From contig JAWMAR010000309.1 of the NCBI GenBank assembly GCA_036785375.1, positions 1-64,000 of the forward strand: a DNA stretch of 64,000 bases, written 5' to 3'. This stretch comes from Leucoraja ocellata. Its lineage: Eukaryota. Both the position numbers and the translations under genes were made by a program. The notes below the pieces were generated by a model that was not told where the DNA came from, did not search any database, and worked only from the letters and a program-made list of their open reading frames with translations. The number at the start of each line of letters is the position of its first letter. The first letter of the stretch is position 1. Below are positions 63,014-64,000 of the stretch, in pieces.

Positions 63014-63360
63014 CAGGTCCACCACCGATTTTCCGGCAACTGGGGATCCGGCAACTCCTTTAATCCGGACAAAATTGTTGGAGAGCACTTGAAATTCTCC
63101 CCAGTAGTCCCCTCGAAAATGTGGCACACTGGCCAGGTGAGGCGGTCGACCTCATCGGGACATCCGCGTGCGATCGGCTGGTTGAATGCTGCGATCGGGG
63201 CTCTGGAACTCCGGCCCGGCTGGAGCCTGCAGATCCAGTCCCATTGCTGATTTCCGGGGTCAACTGAGGCAGAGCATTCCGTCACCGTTGGACTACTCTC
63301 GGTGATCTCTGTTGGTCCGGAAAAATTGATAATCTGGCAAGGCTAGGAACCAAGAGGGCC
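63014..63360. mobile_element. Probable pogo/Tigger-like MITE remnant within a Rex-type tail
   Basis: TA|CAGGTCCCACCACCGATTTTCCGG start with repeated TCCGG sub-terminal motifs. The right end is degraded. Confidence 0.45.
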
Positions 63361-63369
63361 ATAAAATTA

Positions 63370-63830
63370 AGCCAAACTCAAGTACAATAGGTAGAGCAGA
63401 GGGGAAGATACAGAGTGCAGAGTATAGTTCTCAGCATTGTAGCGCGCCACTTCCAGAGACAAAGTCCAATGTTCGCAATATGGTAGAGGTGAATCGGATA
63501 GTACCCTAGCTCATGGAAGGACTGTTCAGATGCCTGATGACAGAAGGGCAGCAGGTGTTCTTGAGTCTGGTGGTGCACGCTTTCAAGCTTCTGTACCATC
63601 TGCTCGATGGGAGCGGGGAGAAGAAGATATGACCAGTGTGGGACAAGCCTTGGATTATGTTGGCTGCTTTTCTGAGGCAGTGTGAAGTGTAGATGGAGTC
63701 AGTGGTGGGGGGAGCCTGGTCTGTGTGATGGACTGGACTAAAATCTCTGCAATTCCTTGCAGTCTTGGACAGTACTGTTCCCAAACCAAGCCGTCATACA
63801 ATCCGACTAAATGCTTTCTACAGTGCATCA
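63370..63830 (-). mobile_element. Rex1/Babar-type 3' remnant
   Basis: DSIYTSHCLRKAANIIQGLSHTGHIFFSPLPSSRWYRSLKACTTRLKNTCCPSVIRHLN. Confidence 0.8.
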
Positions 63831-64000
63831 CTGCTACAAAGACAAATTTCACTCCAGGCACTATTAAGTTGTTCTAATTTGTTATGGTCCAATGCATTGA
63901 ATTGAGATCTGCATCATGTATATTATACAGAGCTTGGACAGGTTTACAGCACTTTGATCTGCAGTGGCATTTCCAACACTCCTTGTTTTCTTTATCCTTC

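Noticed and set aside
1-64000. The many 60-160 aa ORFs in the track as host genes
   Set aside because: They lie in SINE, LINE or PLE repeats, often start at non-ATG codons and lack splice-supported homology. Only the 34674 ORF resembles a cellular protein.
35050-64000. Next IGSF3 Ig-domain exon
   Set aside because: No Ig-like ORF with splice sites was found, so it presumably lies beyond the window.

Overview
Vertebrate nuclear DNA, very likely a cartilaginous fish (skate/ray). This is inferred from HE1-type V-SINEs and CR1/HER1-type LINE tails. The window is almost entirely intronic and dominated by transposable elements. One coding exon is unambiguous: 34672-35049 (+), 378 nt, phase 1-1, encoding the first Ig V-domain of an IGSF3 (EWI-family) protein. 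A plausible upstream signal-peptide exon lies at 131-279 but has a reading-frame puzzle. No downstream Ig exon was found, so the next intron exceeds 29 kb. The repeats include V-SINEs, several CR1 subfamilies, Rex1/Babar-type LINE tails, a 5'-truncated L1 with target-site duplication (TSD), Penelope-like (PLE) fragments, several non-autonomous DNA transposons and a candidate solo LTR. The most notable signal is the very abundant short PLE-derived repeat. It carries a minimal hammerhead-ribozyme-like core (CTGAAGA-A-GGGT[CTCG]ACCC-GAAAC-GTC) and recurs as 140-220 bp fold-back mini-insertions flanked by 10-18 bp direct repeats. Nearly all ORFs in the supplied track are spurious or decayed TE fragments. 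Repeat boundaries are approximate unless TSDs or terminal inverted repeats (TIRs) are cited.
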